From Hydrolagus colliei (Eukaryota), in contig CM068745.1 of assembly GCA_035084275.1 (NCBI GenBank), forward strand, positions 87,792,001-87,856,000: a stretch of DNA of 64,000 nucleotides. The letters run 5' to 3'. Under the pieces are notes generated by a model that was not told the origin of the DNA, searched no databases, and worked only from the letters and a program-made list of their open reading frames with translations. This document shows, piece after piece, positions 45,940 through 58,600 of this stretch; position 1 is the first letter of the stretch; every line of letters begins with the position of its first letter. The translations under genes and the position numbers were made by a program.

Positions 45940-48188
45940 CAAGCCCGTACGCAGGGGGGGTGCGACGGGTGCGTACGCACCCCCCCCAAATTATAAAAGG
46001 TCCACATTTTCCGGGGTAGAGAATTGTATTTTTTATCAAATTTAAATACCAAGTAAATTTATTGAACATTTGAGTCACAATCAGTTCTTCAAAACTATGT
46101 ATAAATTATAAATACACATCTTTGAATGATTTAGTATTAATATAAAATTATCGAGTCGCGCACCAGAATCGGCGTCTACCCCAAACATACCGCGTCGATA
46201 GACCAGTCCATGACGCGGCGAGTCTGTGACTCGTGATTGGATAAACATAGGCGCCAAGACTCAAATCCTCGTTTGGAAATCATCCCGTAAACAGCCACAA
46301 GGGGCAGCACCACTACTGGAGTTAAAATCATCTTTTCATCTCATCACCGTAAGTAAAAATTGCTCAAGTGTTGAGAGGTGTGACTGTAATGCTAGCAAAC
46401 AATGACGACATATTTACAAGATTCTGAGAAATTAAAGCTTTTGAGAACCCAACAAAAAAGTTATATGTGTCTGGACGGGAATGCCTATCTTTAAAAAAAA
46501 TACTCATGGACGTAGGCCTAGGCTTTAGCGCCTATTCCACGTGGTGTGTCAATCGTAAATCATCCCGTATACAGTCACTACATAAAAAGGTAGTACCACT
46601 TTGTGGAAGCTGAAATCGTATTTTAATCTGATAAATGTAAGTAAAAATGACTTAAGTTTTGATAGGCGTGTTTCTGAAATATCATGTTTCTTGTTTTGTC
46701 TTGATTATCACGTTTGATTTATATTATTAAAGATGTTTTCCTGTCATTAAAAATTGCTTTTAGAGACGTCCACTGGCGTGCAAAAAACATATGACCGCAA
46801 AGATAAACAGTGCGACTTTATTTCACGTTCAGTTTTGTACCCAGAGTGAAAAAACATCAATGTCGCACGAATTTGGCATAAAAATAGGTTCACCATCATC
46901 TGATCGAGTGAACTCGGGCATTGACAACCACACTTCTGCACTGATCCCTTCTCTCCATGCAGCCTGACAACTCCCGCCTGCCAATACCCCAATCGCGCTC
47001 CAGAGTATCGATGTAGGTTAGGGTCGGTCTACCTCGTGTTCTGTGACCGTGCAATGGTTCCCATAGGATAGTAGGACTATGGACAGTTTCCTCCCGGCTT
47101 CTCCAGCTATGTCCGCTAAACCTAAGACGCCTCTGCGGTAATGTCTGTGATACCAGTGTGGTGGTGTACCATATAGCTCACTATTTGTCAGATGCTGTCG
47201 CCAGTAAACGTTCAGGGCGGCTCTTAGAAGCCTCGTATATACCTCACGAGTCACCTAATCTCCTGGGTTTGCCTAAGCCAGCATTCTGCTCCGTATAGGA
47301 GCGACTTTCAGCCCTCGCGTTAATGCACATTCATTATAATATGGAAATCGATATTGGTAGAGCGGTTGACGTATTCGCTTCAAAGCGACCGAGGCGTCTC
47401 GAATACGGAACGCTATTAAATAATTAATTTCCCCTCCCTTATTTCTAAAGTATTTTTTCGTCAGATCAGTATTGCTTGATGGGCCACTTCCTTTCATTTT
47501 GATTCTAACTAAATAAATAAATAAAAACTAACTACACTATTGCTCACAGTTCAACGATATTTTCAGGATAATGCTGATAACAGGCTTGTAACACGTGTGA
47601 ATTAACTGTTTGACACTGATTTTCAGTTTTTGTATATTTTCTTGTCTTTTATAAAATTTGCTTTGCTGGAATATCTGAGCACATCATTCATACTTTACTC
47701 TTACATTATTGTTCATTACAGTCCGAAAGAAATTTAGTCTTAGGATAACAATGCAGAACAACTTATTAATTACCGTCAATCTGTAGTTTATGATCATTTT
47801 CTCTATACGCATACATTTATCAAGCATTCGTCATTGTACTGTGTTAATTGGATTGTAATTTACTTTATCGTTCACATTCCTTACATCATCGAGTCAACAA
47901 TCGTCTTTGGTTTTATCGGCGAACACATTCTACCTTCCCAAAAAATTTAGACACGGACTACCGGGGAAAATAAAAACACTGAATAAATAATGATGCTCTT
48001 AAACACCAAGGGCGTGAAACATTTACCGTTCATATTGGATCTTCTGAACCGATTAAATAAGACCTCAAACTGTGTAAAACGTCAGAGCCTCGAGGGGGCT
48101 TCGGGGGCAGCCCCCAAGCCCCCGGCCATTGTTGGTCCCATCACTAGCAATTCGCACCCCCCCATTAAACATCCTGCGTACGGCCCTG
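45940..48188. mobile_element. Non-autonomous hAT-like DNA transposon (~2.25 kb)
   Basis: 16-bp TIRs CAAGCCCGTACGCAGG / CCTGCGTACGGCCCTG with G-rich subtermini. No clear TSD and no transposase recognised. Confidence 0.7.
46890..47440 (-). mobile_element. 5'-truncated RTE-clade LINE fragment nested in the hAT-like element
   Basis: Frameshifted SLLYGAECW, YTRLLRAALNVYWRQHLTNSELYG, GRPTLTYIDTLERD, then an atgatggtga tail. Confidence 0.8.
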
Positions 48189-48429
48189 CTGTTTGCAATA
48201 GCCATTTTCTCACATTTCAAGTGGAGGGCAGAGAGGGTAGGAGAGTGGCCAAAGGGAATGTGGGATGGAGTTCCAGAGGGTGGAGGCATTTGACTCATAT
48301 CCAAAATCAGCTGATAATACCTGAGATTCAAACTTAGTGTAGATAAGAGTGTTTAAGTGACAAAAGAAAGTCTTTCCAAGCCCATTCATGAGATTTTGGC
48401 CTAACTCAGTTGAGTTAACAAACAAACAA

Positions 48430-49200
48430 ACAAAATTACATTTATAGAATGCCTTTCACGTCGGGAGGACAGTCAGGTCGGGACTTGAGCGAGGAGCAGG
48501 GGATGGAAAGGTTTGGGAGGGCGGCAGAAGGCACAATGGAAGAGGAGGATCTTGGGACCGGCTTTGAAGGAGGCAACGGAGGAAACGAGGCGAAGGGACT
48601 GGGATGGAGTTCCAGAGTGTGGGGACAGAGAGGCAGAAAACCCATCCACCAATGGTAGCGCAGGCCGGGCGGTGGACATGGAGCAGACAGGAGCCCGCTG
48701 AACGGAGGGGGAGGGCAGGTTCATAAGGGGACAGCGGGTCGGAGCAATAGGAGGGGGCAAGGCCGTGAATTACCTTGAAAGTGAGAACGAGGATCTTGAA
48801 TTCAATCCTCTGGGGGATGGGGAGCCAATGGAGCCGGGCGAAGGTGGGAGTGATGAGGTCGCGGAGCTTGAGGAAGGCCACAAGCTGCAGAGTTCTGGAT
48901 GATCTGCAGCTTGTGAAGGGAAGAGCCAGGAAGGCCGACGAGGGAGTTTCCATAGTCGAACCGCAGAGTTCTGGATGATTTGCAGTGTATAGAGGGAGCA
49001 ATTGGAAAGGCCAACAAGAAGGGAATAGATGCAGTCGAGCCTGGATGTGATGAAGGCATAAATGAGAATTTCAGAGGCCTGAGGGGGTGAGCTAGTGGCG
49101 GAGTCGGGCAATGTTGCGGAAGTAAGGGAAGGCGGAGTGGGTCATGCCTTGGTTGTGGGGGAGGAAAGACAGTTGAGGATCGAACCTAGGATCCTAACTA
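48430..49200 (-). mobile_element. L2 3' fragment with a partial internal duplication
   Basis: ILIYAFITSRLDC...LQIIQNSA occurs twice; LHWLPIPQRIEFKILVLTFK; LWNSIP. Confidence 0.85.
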
Positions 49201-49619
49201 GTTTGGTGAAGTGGGGTGTACAGCCATGGAGGTTCATGCTGCCAGTGCCTGAAGTGTGAAGGCACTGGCGTGAGCCAATCGGGAGGGCCTGATAATAATC
49301 CCTATATATTAAAAAAAATTGGTTGTTTCAATCCACGACTGTTTGTGGGACACTGCTGTGCGCAAATGGCTGCCGCGTTTCACCGGCAAATGTACAGTCA
49401 ATTCACTTTACAATATATTCTGTGAAGCGCTTTGAGACGTCTAGAAGACGTGAAAAGCGCTATATCAAATGCAAGGATTATTATTATTTTATAACGTAAT
49501 GCTAATTCGCTGCACCAATGTCCTGCTAACAGCCACAAAGTGAATCGCCATTTTTTCTCTGGAGAATTGCTTTCTAGGATACTGGGAGCAAAAGAGAGTT
49601 TTGTGTAGCTGACTATTTT

Positions 49620-50180
49620 ACCAACTGAATACAGCTTCCTGAGAAGCTGTGGGTTTCTTCGTGGTGTAAAGACACAAGTCTGATAACGGTGATGAATTGA
49701 GGTGGATACTTGCTAACCCAATGGTGAAGAGTGTAAAAAGCATGGTCCCAATCAGGAGGCCCAGCTATCTCCAGGGACAGGTTTTAAAATACGTTTTCAA
49801 TTTAAAAATAATATTAAGAATGACGGTCTCAGTGCCGCCATTCACGGCTTGCCCAGCTGTGAGGTATTTCGCCCAAGCTGGGACAAAGAGCTGTTTTCTT
49901 TCTTTAAATTCCTCTTTCAGAGAATAAAATAAATTCCACCAATGTATGTTGCACGCAGCCATTTGAATTGCTTCTGAAGAACAAAGGCCCCACAGATCAG
50001 CAGATGTGCAATACTGTGTTGGTAGCAGTGGCTTTGTGTTTCTTGGGTTTTAGGAGTTACTTTTAGAATGCGCTTCATTGTACTTCCATCGCAGAGCTTT
50101 CACATCGACAAACTCCGATCACATTTGCGTAGCACACCAGCACTGATACCACAGAGATTGTTGTGCTGCTGTGGTTTATT
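49620..50180 (-). mobile_element. Possible highly degraded L1/Tx1 RT fragment
   Basis: Patchy motifs in different frames: TISVV, FVDVKAL, DWDHAFYTL...PPQFITVIRL. Confidence 0.35.
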
Positions 50181-50493
50181 TGTGATGTTTATTTCTGAAG
50201 TGTGTGGCTGCCTACATTCAGGCTCTCAAATAAACTACTTCCTGAAGGTTAGAGTTTACAACGACCGATATTAAAGTAATTTTCAGTGAACTATTCTGCG
50301 AGTCATTGGATCGTTTTATTTAGTACACTTGGTAAAATATTGTTTGTGGGGACTGTGTTTATCCTTCTCTGAATGTTTAGTTGTTTGCTTTTTTTTACAC
50401 AGCGTCCCAACATGCCTCCATGAAAAATATGGAGCAAAAATAGGTGACCCAAAATGTTTGAAACAAAAGGGGGGGTGGGGGATAAAGAATATA

Positions 50494-51482
50494 CCGTATA
50501 TCTCCATGTATAAGGCGCACCCGCCATTTTTGACCTTTTCTTGGTGAAAAAAAAACGGAAGCATTTTCAATGATATTGCCGACAGAAGGGAGGAGAGACA
50601 GATAGGTAGGGAGAGAGAGAGGTAGGCAGCCAGGCAGCCAGGGAGGGAGAGAGGGAGGCAGGGAGAGAGAGAGGGAGAGAGGCAGGCCGGCAGCCCGGGA
50701 GAGAGAGGGAGAGAGGCAGGCCGGCAGCCTGGGAGAGAGAGGGAGAGAGGCAGGCCGGCACGCAGGCAGGCAGGCAGGGAGGGAGGGAGAGAGAGCGGCA
50801 GGGAGGGAGGCAGGCAGACTGGGTTCGGCAGAAGGTAAGCACAGCACTGAAGTCCGCTGCTGCTGCCGCTGCCCGGGCGGCCGAGGCCGAAGCCCCGTCA
50901 CCCGCTCCCCCCCAACCCCCGACAGACACTGACCAAACCCCGGCTGACAGCGCGCCGGCCGCCCCTCCTGTTTACTGTATTTCCGAGGCTCAAAATTGCT
51001 TGTACCTGCGCATAGGGCGCACCGACTACTTTCGAGATCTTCCGACCTGAAAAAAAGTGCGCCTTATACACAGAGATAGAATCATAGAATCATAGAATCA
51101 TAGAATTTTACGGCACAAAAGGAGGCCATTCGGCCCATCTAGTCTGTGCCGGCTCTTTGAAAAGAGCGATTCAATCCCACTGCCCTGCCCGCTCCCCATA
51201 GCCTAATAGACCCGTTCTTCCTAAATAAAGATCTAATTCCCTTTTAAAAGTTGTTATCGAATCAGCCTCCACCACCTTTTCAGGCAATGCATTCCAGATT
51301 CGAACAACTCGCTGAGTGAAAAAATTTCTCCTCAGCTCCCCTCTACTGTGCCTTGAAACTATTTTAAATCTGTGACCACGAGTCACAGATTCACCCACGA
51401 GTGGAAATAGTTTTTCTCTATTTGCCCTGTCGAAACCCCTCATGATCTTATAAACCTCTATTAGGTCTCCCCATATATACGG
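50494..51482. mobile_element. Tc1/mariner-superfamily MITE with TA TSDs; right TIR split by a CR1 insertion
   Basis: TA|CCGTATATCTCCATGTATAAGGCGCAC at the left end; GTGCGCCTTATACACAGAGATA [CR1] TATACGG|TA at the right end. Confidence 0.8.
51067..51472 (-). mobile_element. 5'-truncated CR1 LINE, well preserved
   Basis: Uninterrupted GDLIEVYKIMRGFDRANREKLF...FFTQRVVRIWNALP...FKRELD and a (gattctat)n tail. Confidence 0.95.
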
Positions 51483-52139
51483 TAATAAAGAATCAAGCAA
51501 CTTACAAACTAGGTAAATGCACAAACATAATACTGGATTGTTATATTATTTTAAGATGAATGAATATAACAAAGAAAATTTGCTTCATTTTGTTCACCAG
51601 TTATTTAAATGTTTTAAGGCAGGAAAAAAGCAATAGTTTTGTTCACTTTGGACAGAATGTTAAAAGTTTTTGTACTTGATTTCCATTTACTTGAATTGTT
51701 AAATTGATTTTTGAATCAGTTTCCGTGATTCAGGGATTTCTGCATAGGATCGAGGCTGATCTCAGTTTGACATCCTCCCTGCACACATCAGAATAAGTAT
51801 ATTTTTATTCCAAATAACCAATAAGCATAACAACTAAAATCTAAGATGGCTCTGCAAGGTTGAACTCAGAATCGTGCTGTTCTTTCGCAATTTCACCCCC
51901 TCTTTGTTTAACGTTACTAAAACCTCGTCTCTCCAGTATTGTTGCAATCCCCACCCCCCTCCTTTTGTTTCATGGTCATTTCAATCCATGACTGTGTGTG
52001 GGACACTGCTGTGCGCAATTGGCTGCTGCGATTCGCCCACAAATATATACAGTCAATTCACTTTACAGTACATTCTGTGAAGCGCTTTGGGACGTTGGTA
52101 AGATGTGGAAAGCGCTATATCAAATGCAAGGATTATTAT

Positions 52140-52370
52140 AACATTAACATCTCTTTAACCCATAATCTCCTGCCCTCTACCCCATTTTCTCCTTTGTCTT
52201 CCTTGCCCGGTCTCTCCCTCCCTGTTCGTCCTCAACAGCCTCTCCCTCCCGACATGCCCCAGTTTTGACGAAGGGTCATGGACCTGAAACGTTGATTCAC
52301 TTTTCCTTTCTCCATAGATGCTGCCTGACCTGCTGAGTGTTCCCAGCTATTTCTGTTTTTGTTTCAGAAT
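52140..52370 (+). mobile_element. Penelope-like 3' terminus
   Basis: gttttgacgaagggtcatggacctgaaacgttg...gatgctgcctgacctgctgagt. Confidence 0.75.
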
Positions 52371-52779
52371 AGTGCTAACCTGCCTTGGTGCCATGTTGTA
52401 CTCTAGGCTGCGTTTGATTGTAACGTTGCAGGCTATTCAGTGCCTTGGGACGTCCACCCGATGTGAAAGGGGCTATATAAATGTAATTTTGTTGTATTCA
52501 ACACAACAACATCGCAACTTAAGGTGACATGACAAAAATACGAATAGTATTCAAATGTGTTCGCTCCCCCACCCCACTGGCTGTTCATGCTGTGCTGAAA
52601 TCACATTACTAGGTTCATCAATTGGCGTTAAGTAAGATTTCACAGTATTGTTCCATTGGCATTGATAGGAAACCATATGTCTGTCTTATCATTGGTCTTA
52701 CAGTAGTATATGCACTCACTGTGGAAAAATGACAACAACCCACAATGTGGTGGCTGCAATTGACGCACATAATAGTGAC

Positions 52780-53050
52780 CACGGGTTTGAATTTCAATTT
52801 CTCACTTATTTCCTTATACCTGTTAGAGAACGAAATAATTACTGGAGGGTGAATGTCGAATGTTTGTGATAGGGCAGGTCGTCTTTCTCTCTCCGTAATT
52901 GGTGATTTGCGAGGTTTCCCTACCCCACGGAGAGTCTTCTGAAAGCGTTGAACGTTCAAGGCGGAGAAACGTTAGCAAGCCTGCCACTGAAGTTTTAGCC
53001 ACTTTATAGACTTCTGACAGCAAGGGTGAGCATGTCACCCCATTGACCAG
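52780..53050 (-). mobile_element. Possible Tc1 transposase N-terminal relic
   Basis: VQRFQKT...GKPRKSPITERERR resembles the Tc1 GRPRK linker region; frameshifted and short. Confidence 0.35.
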
Positions 53051-54660
53051 TAAAGTGTATAACACAGAATTAGGTACAGTATTTGGTATCTGTTAGTGTC
53101 AGGAGATCATTGACATGGGATAACAGCAAATAGCTCATTTGTTCCTGTTCATGAATTATTCTCACTTTCTTTATCACTCCGTTCCCCATCGTACCCACTT
53201 TTTCACCCTGGTTATCACACATAGCAGAGCCATTTTAGATTTCAATGGATTAGAGGAAGTAGTTTTTCCTTTTCCACCTGCAATCTGGCATTGGGGTAGC
53301 TTTCAGCACAATGGGTTCCTGGGATGCAAGCAACCATTGTGCTGAGGATGTTTCAAAGCGCTTCACAGGACTCAATGTAAAGTGCTGTGACTGTATATTT
53401 GGTGTGCGAATTTGCACACAAGAATGTCCAACAGAGAGCCATGGAAAGAAAGACCGCTTTATTTGGGGATTGTTGACCAGGACACCAAACAAATTCATCT
53501 TTTTTGAGTAGTACCATGGGATCAGGCAATCGGGGCCTCAGTTTTGACATCTCATCCAAAGAACAGCACCCCAAAAAGTGCGATCCCGCCCCCCACCTCA
53601 ACCCAGATGCATTGGAGTCTCAGTATTGATTCCATGAATTCCAAGCCCATCAGCAACAACAACAACTTGCATTTATATAGCGTCCCTCATGTGAGATAGT
53701 GCTGCACAGTGGCAGTCTTAACGCCGAGGGGGCTAAGCAGGTCGAATGGGTTGGGAGGTGCGAGGGCATGAAAGTATGTGAAAGTGAGTAAGAGGATCTT
53801 AAAATAAATTATTTTGGTAATTGGGAGCCAGTGGTACCTGGCAAGGAGCCAATTATAAGATAACATTTTAATTACGTTAGCTACGGTTTAGATAGAGCAA
53901 TGTTTGACTAGTGCCTTAGGTATTCTTCTCATTTTTGACACTGTGTGTAAAGCACAACAAATTATGCTCAGAATGATTTATCTTTAATTGGACCAATATT
54001 TTTTATTCATGAACAATGTTTATTAAGCTTTAATTTCCACCAGAGATGTTATACGTCAGGTATAACGTCAGCTAAAGAATAAAAAAAAACACAAACAATT
54101 TAAAAAAAGACATAAAAATAACAAGACAGGCCTTCTGATAAATATAGAATTCATTGAAGCAGGAAAGTCAACTGATTAGATCAAATATGGGTCAAATGAT
54201 GGCGAGCCAGTTATATTTTTATGCAGTTATCATTGCGATTGTTTAAAGATGCTTATCATGAAAAAGTGCCATTAAAGCTTTGATGAACAATGACAGGAAG
54301 TCTCACTTGTACAAGAAGCAATTTTAACCCGTACCTGTAACAAATTTAGAATCCACCAATAAAGTAAATGAGATTTGTTTTTTGTTTTTAATTCCTCCCA
54401 AATCCAGGTCATTTCAATTTTAACATCCACTAAATTAGTGAATTAACAATCACCGGGCATGATAATTATTATATCCCAAGTAGCAATTTGCATCTCATAT
54501 CATTTCATTTGATTGATCTAATTGTCTATTTCATGTATCCTAAAAGAGGATAATATACGACGATGGTATTATGAATAAGAACAGTTTGATGGCCTGGATT
54601 AGGTTCAACCCGACTACTTTCACAGAAAGGAAAACACCAGATGCCAAAACAAAAGCACTT

Positions 54661-55067
54661 TGTAACGCCCCACGTGGGGGGGACGTTGACATTATTATTA
54701 GGACGTTATTTCGTCTCTGTGTGAAGTGCCATCATGAAATACAACAATTTGAAAAAGTGCCGGCAGTTAGGTTCGTCTTTTCCTTTTCAAAAATGAGTCT
54801 AGAGAGAGAGAGATCGGTGATCTCATGCAATATTAGACCAGGACACACATAGTTTTGACTCTGGATGCAAAACATGATAGGGAGTTCCTTTCCCTTATAG
54901 CACCAAGCATCACATTCACCAATATTGTGAAACCCAATAAAATCCTTGGTTAGTGCGATCATGTCAGTGAAGTCTCCTCAGCCTGGAATCTTATCCGAGA
55001 CAGGCATTAGGTCAGCTGTGATAGTGGAAGACAGTGACGTGAACACACAAAGCACTACATAGTGACA
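54661..55067 (+). mobile_element. Possible solo LTR
   Basis: TGTAAC start, AATAAA near 54937, GTGACA end. No TSD. Confidence 0.3.
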
Positions 55068-55670
55068 ACCCAGATAACGTTACCATTAGCAAAAGTTTCT
55101 ATACAACGCGGTAATTGAATGACAGAGTACAAAATCGAATCCAAGGAGCATTACATCCATTAAAAGTATTTAATGAAAATCCTTCAACAAATATAACTAT
55201 TCAAACCCAGTAAAATAGAAGCCAGATAAAAATTTTAGGACAATAGAACATTGGAGCCTCAGACTTTCTTTCCTTTACGTAACTCAAAAGGTTGACTTAA
55301 AACATGAAATGGTTAACAGAAGAATATTTTTGATGAGAATTACATCATTTTATTTACTGTCAAATGGAAATTCTACTTTCTAAAAAATACTTAATATTCA
55401 TGAAGAATATCAACAGTCTATTTGCCATCACAGGGGTATGAGATTCCATGTGTCATTTTTTGTCATCGTATCTGGTAAAGGCAAAGTGCTGGCAATTCCT
55501 AATATAATGATGGATTTCTATATCATTTACAACATTAGAGTCTACCTTGTGGGACTAGATCAAAGCGTGCTGATTGTCTGAAGGAGAAAGGTTTACCGAA
55601 TACTTTGACGAGGCCCCGTTTAAGAAAAAGACAGAAGCCGGTTCCGTCAGTCTGATGATTTTGGTTATTT

Positions 55671-58600
55671 TCAGGAATGGAGCACTTCCACGTAAGCACT
55701 CTCGTCAATTTCTACGAGAAAAAAACACAAATATATGAACACCGGGTGCGTGGAGAGATTCATCCTTTACAAGTTATCATCCTCGATTTCTAACAAAACT
55801 ATTGTGAGCTCCTTTGATTTCCTCCTCCTGATGTGTCAATCATCACTGGCTTTTTGGTGAACAGCTCACTTGGCCACTGGCCTCACATTATTCTGCTTTC
55901 CAACAGTTGGCCATCATTTTAAAAAAATGACACTTTGCTATATAATCCTGCGCTTTGAGACACTTTCCTGGTGTAAAAAGTGCTATATCAAATGTAAAAA
56001 TTCTCATTCTCCTCCCACTAACCAGACAAATAGATATTATCAGTGGATATAGAGAAAGCCAGGCAAATAGTATTGAGCTGCAGATCTAAGAAAATACTGA
56101 CAGGCTGAATGGCTTAATCCTATTCTATATTCCTGTGTTCTCTACAGAAATGGTTGAACGCAGAACACCAAATACCTGTACAGTGAAACCTGCATAAGTC
56201 TTTATAACATTGGATAATCACTTAAGTCGGACATTCAAAACCTATTCAAATTCTTTGCGCGATTCACATTAATCACCCCCTAACTCATTACGTAATTTCA
56301 TTTTCCGCAATTCAATGCGATTCCAATGCGATTCCAACGCTTGCTGGTAAATGCATGTGCAGGTCAAGACACATTAACTCGCTGGCAAGGTAATCTTGAG
56401 GCTTCTTTTATAAATGTGATGGTTTCGCTCGCAAATATACAGTCAGTCAGTTCACGTTACAGTACACTCTGTGAAGCGCTTTGAGACGTCTAGAAAATGT
56501 GAAAAAGCACTCCCATTAAATGCAAGGATTATTATTGATTTATTATTATTAGGACTGATACGGCTTCGGTGAGTTTTTATTGTGATGCGTTCTGCTTGTG
56601 CACAGTCAGACTCTTGTCTCATAATATCTGTGTTGTATTTATGAATTTTCAGAAATCATAAACTGCTCCAGCATTCTATATAAATGCAAGTTGGGACGTC
56701 CTCCCGACGTGAAAGGCTCTAAAAATGTCATTTTGTTGTTGTTGCTGTTGTGATTTTCTCTGTGCACTCTTTCCGTTGAAATAAAAGGATTCAAGAAAAA
56801 AAATATTAGATTACAGAGAGATTAGATTTTTTTTTTAAAAAGGCTATTTATAAAAGTGGAGGACAAACTTGTCATACCTTCATAATCATTATCCTCTTCG
56901 TTGGTTAATTTATCTTTGGCATTCATCAGAGGGTGGCACAATGGAATTACAAGACCTTGACCTGGCTTACTGTAGTGAGCAATTAAATCCCCAAGGCTTT
57001 TGAAGTATACTTCTTTAATGTTGGATCCAACCTGTGTAAGGATGATAAAATAGAATAAAAATGAAGCACTGGCTATTCCAGTCCACACTGGAATTTGCTT
57101 AACTGGATACTTCTAGACGTCTCAAAGCGCTTCACAGAATATACTGTAAAGTGAAACAAAAACAGAAGTTGCTGGGAAAACTCTAGCAGGTCAGGCAGCA
57201 TCCATGGAGAAAGGAAAGCGAGTCAACGTTTCCGGGTCCACGACGCTCCGTCAGCACCGACGTCACTTTGTCACTTACTGTCAAGTGAATTGACTGAACA
57301 CTTGTGGGCGAAATGCGACAGCCAATTGCGCACAGTAGCGTCCCCCCACACAAACAGCCGTGGATTGAAATGACCGATTTTGTTATTGTGTTGTTTTTTT
57401 GAAGGGATTATTATTAGGCCTGTGGAGTAAGGAAACTTACCCAAGGTTTCGCCCTGACCTGCCTGGATTCGAACACAGGTCTCACGTTTGTAAGGCGGGT
57501 GCTCTAACCACTGAGCTACAGGAGCTCCACATCTTTATATTACCATTGGAATCCTGTAGCTCAGTGATTAGAGCACTCGCCCCACATTGGTGAAAAGCCA
57601 GGGATGGATTCCCAGCAGGGCGACATGTTGGTCAATTTTCTTTACTCCACATGCCCTCTGTGTGTATCCAGCAGTATGTAGGAAACCGGCTGTTAGTGGA
57701 TTGGTCGATCACTTGAAGCGCTCTGAGATGCCGTCCGGCATGGAGGGAGCTACATACATCAAAGTTGTTGTTGTTTTTCTGATGGTGCAAATTGTACCAT
57801 TGGAACACGGCTTAATAATAGGAAAAGCTTTATAGAACCCAAGGTTATATAGAGCAAGAAATCACACAAACGATGAAAAAGGGAGAAACACACTCACATA
57901 CACAAATCATAGAGGAAAACACATCAAATTATTTGTAACGCAAGTCACGTGTTGGCAAGAGTGATTATTTTAATTTAATTTGACCCACTGGCTGCGGAGG
58001 GCTTTACAGTATAAGACATTATTATTATTATCTAGTCTGCTCTCGGAGCGAGCTATGATCCCCACGGTTTTCCCCCATCTCCTTTTAACCTCTATCTTTT
58101 TTTGAAACTTGTCTACCTCCCTCTTCCAACCCAGAATAGATTCTGCTTCTGCCACGTTGCTAGAAGGGCATTCCACATCCAAGTGAAACAAAAAATGTTC
58201 GACGATCATTTTCTGCACTATGGCGACAAGTCATCGAATTGCGAAATCGTAGATATTTACTGCACAAAGGCCCATGTGGCTCAGTGTTTAGAGCACTTGC
58301 CTCGCAAGCAAGAAGACCTGGGTTTGATTCCAGGGCAGAGCAAAACGTTGGTTAAGTTTCCTTACTCCACACCCGCCTGTTTATTTACCCAGCAGTTAGT
58401 GGGAACCCGGTTTCCACGAGTAATAATCCCTCCAAAAATTAGAATGAAACAAAATTTGGTCACTCAATCCACAACTGTTTTTGGGACACTGCTAGGCGCA
58501 ATTTGCTGCCGAGTTTTGCCCATGAAATATACAACCATATATATAGATATATATATACACAGTAAGTGTTTGTCTGCAAAACCTAACAGGTTTAACACGT

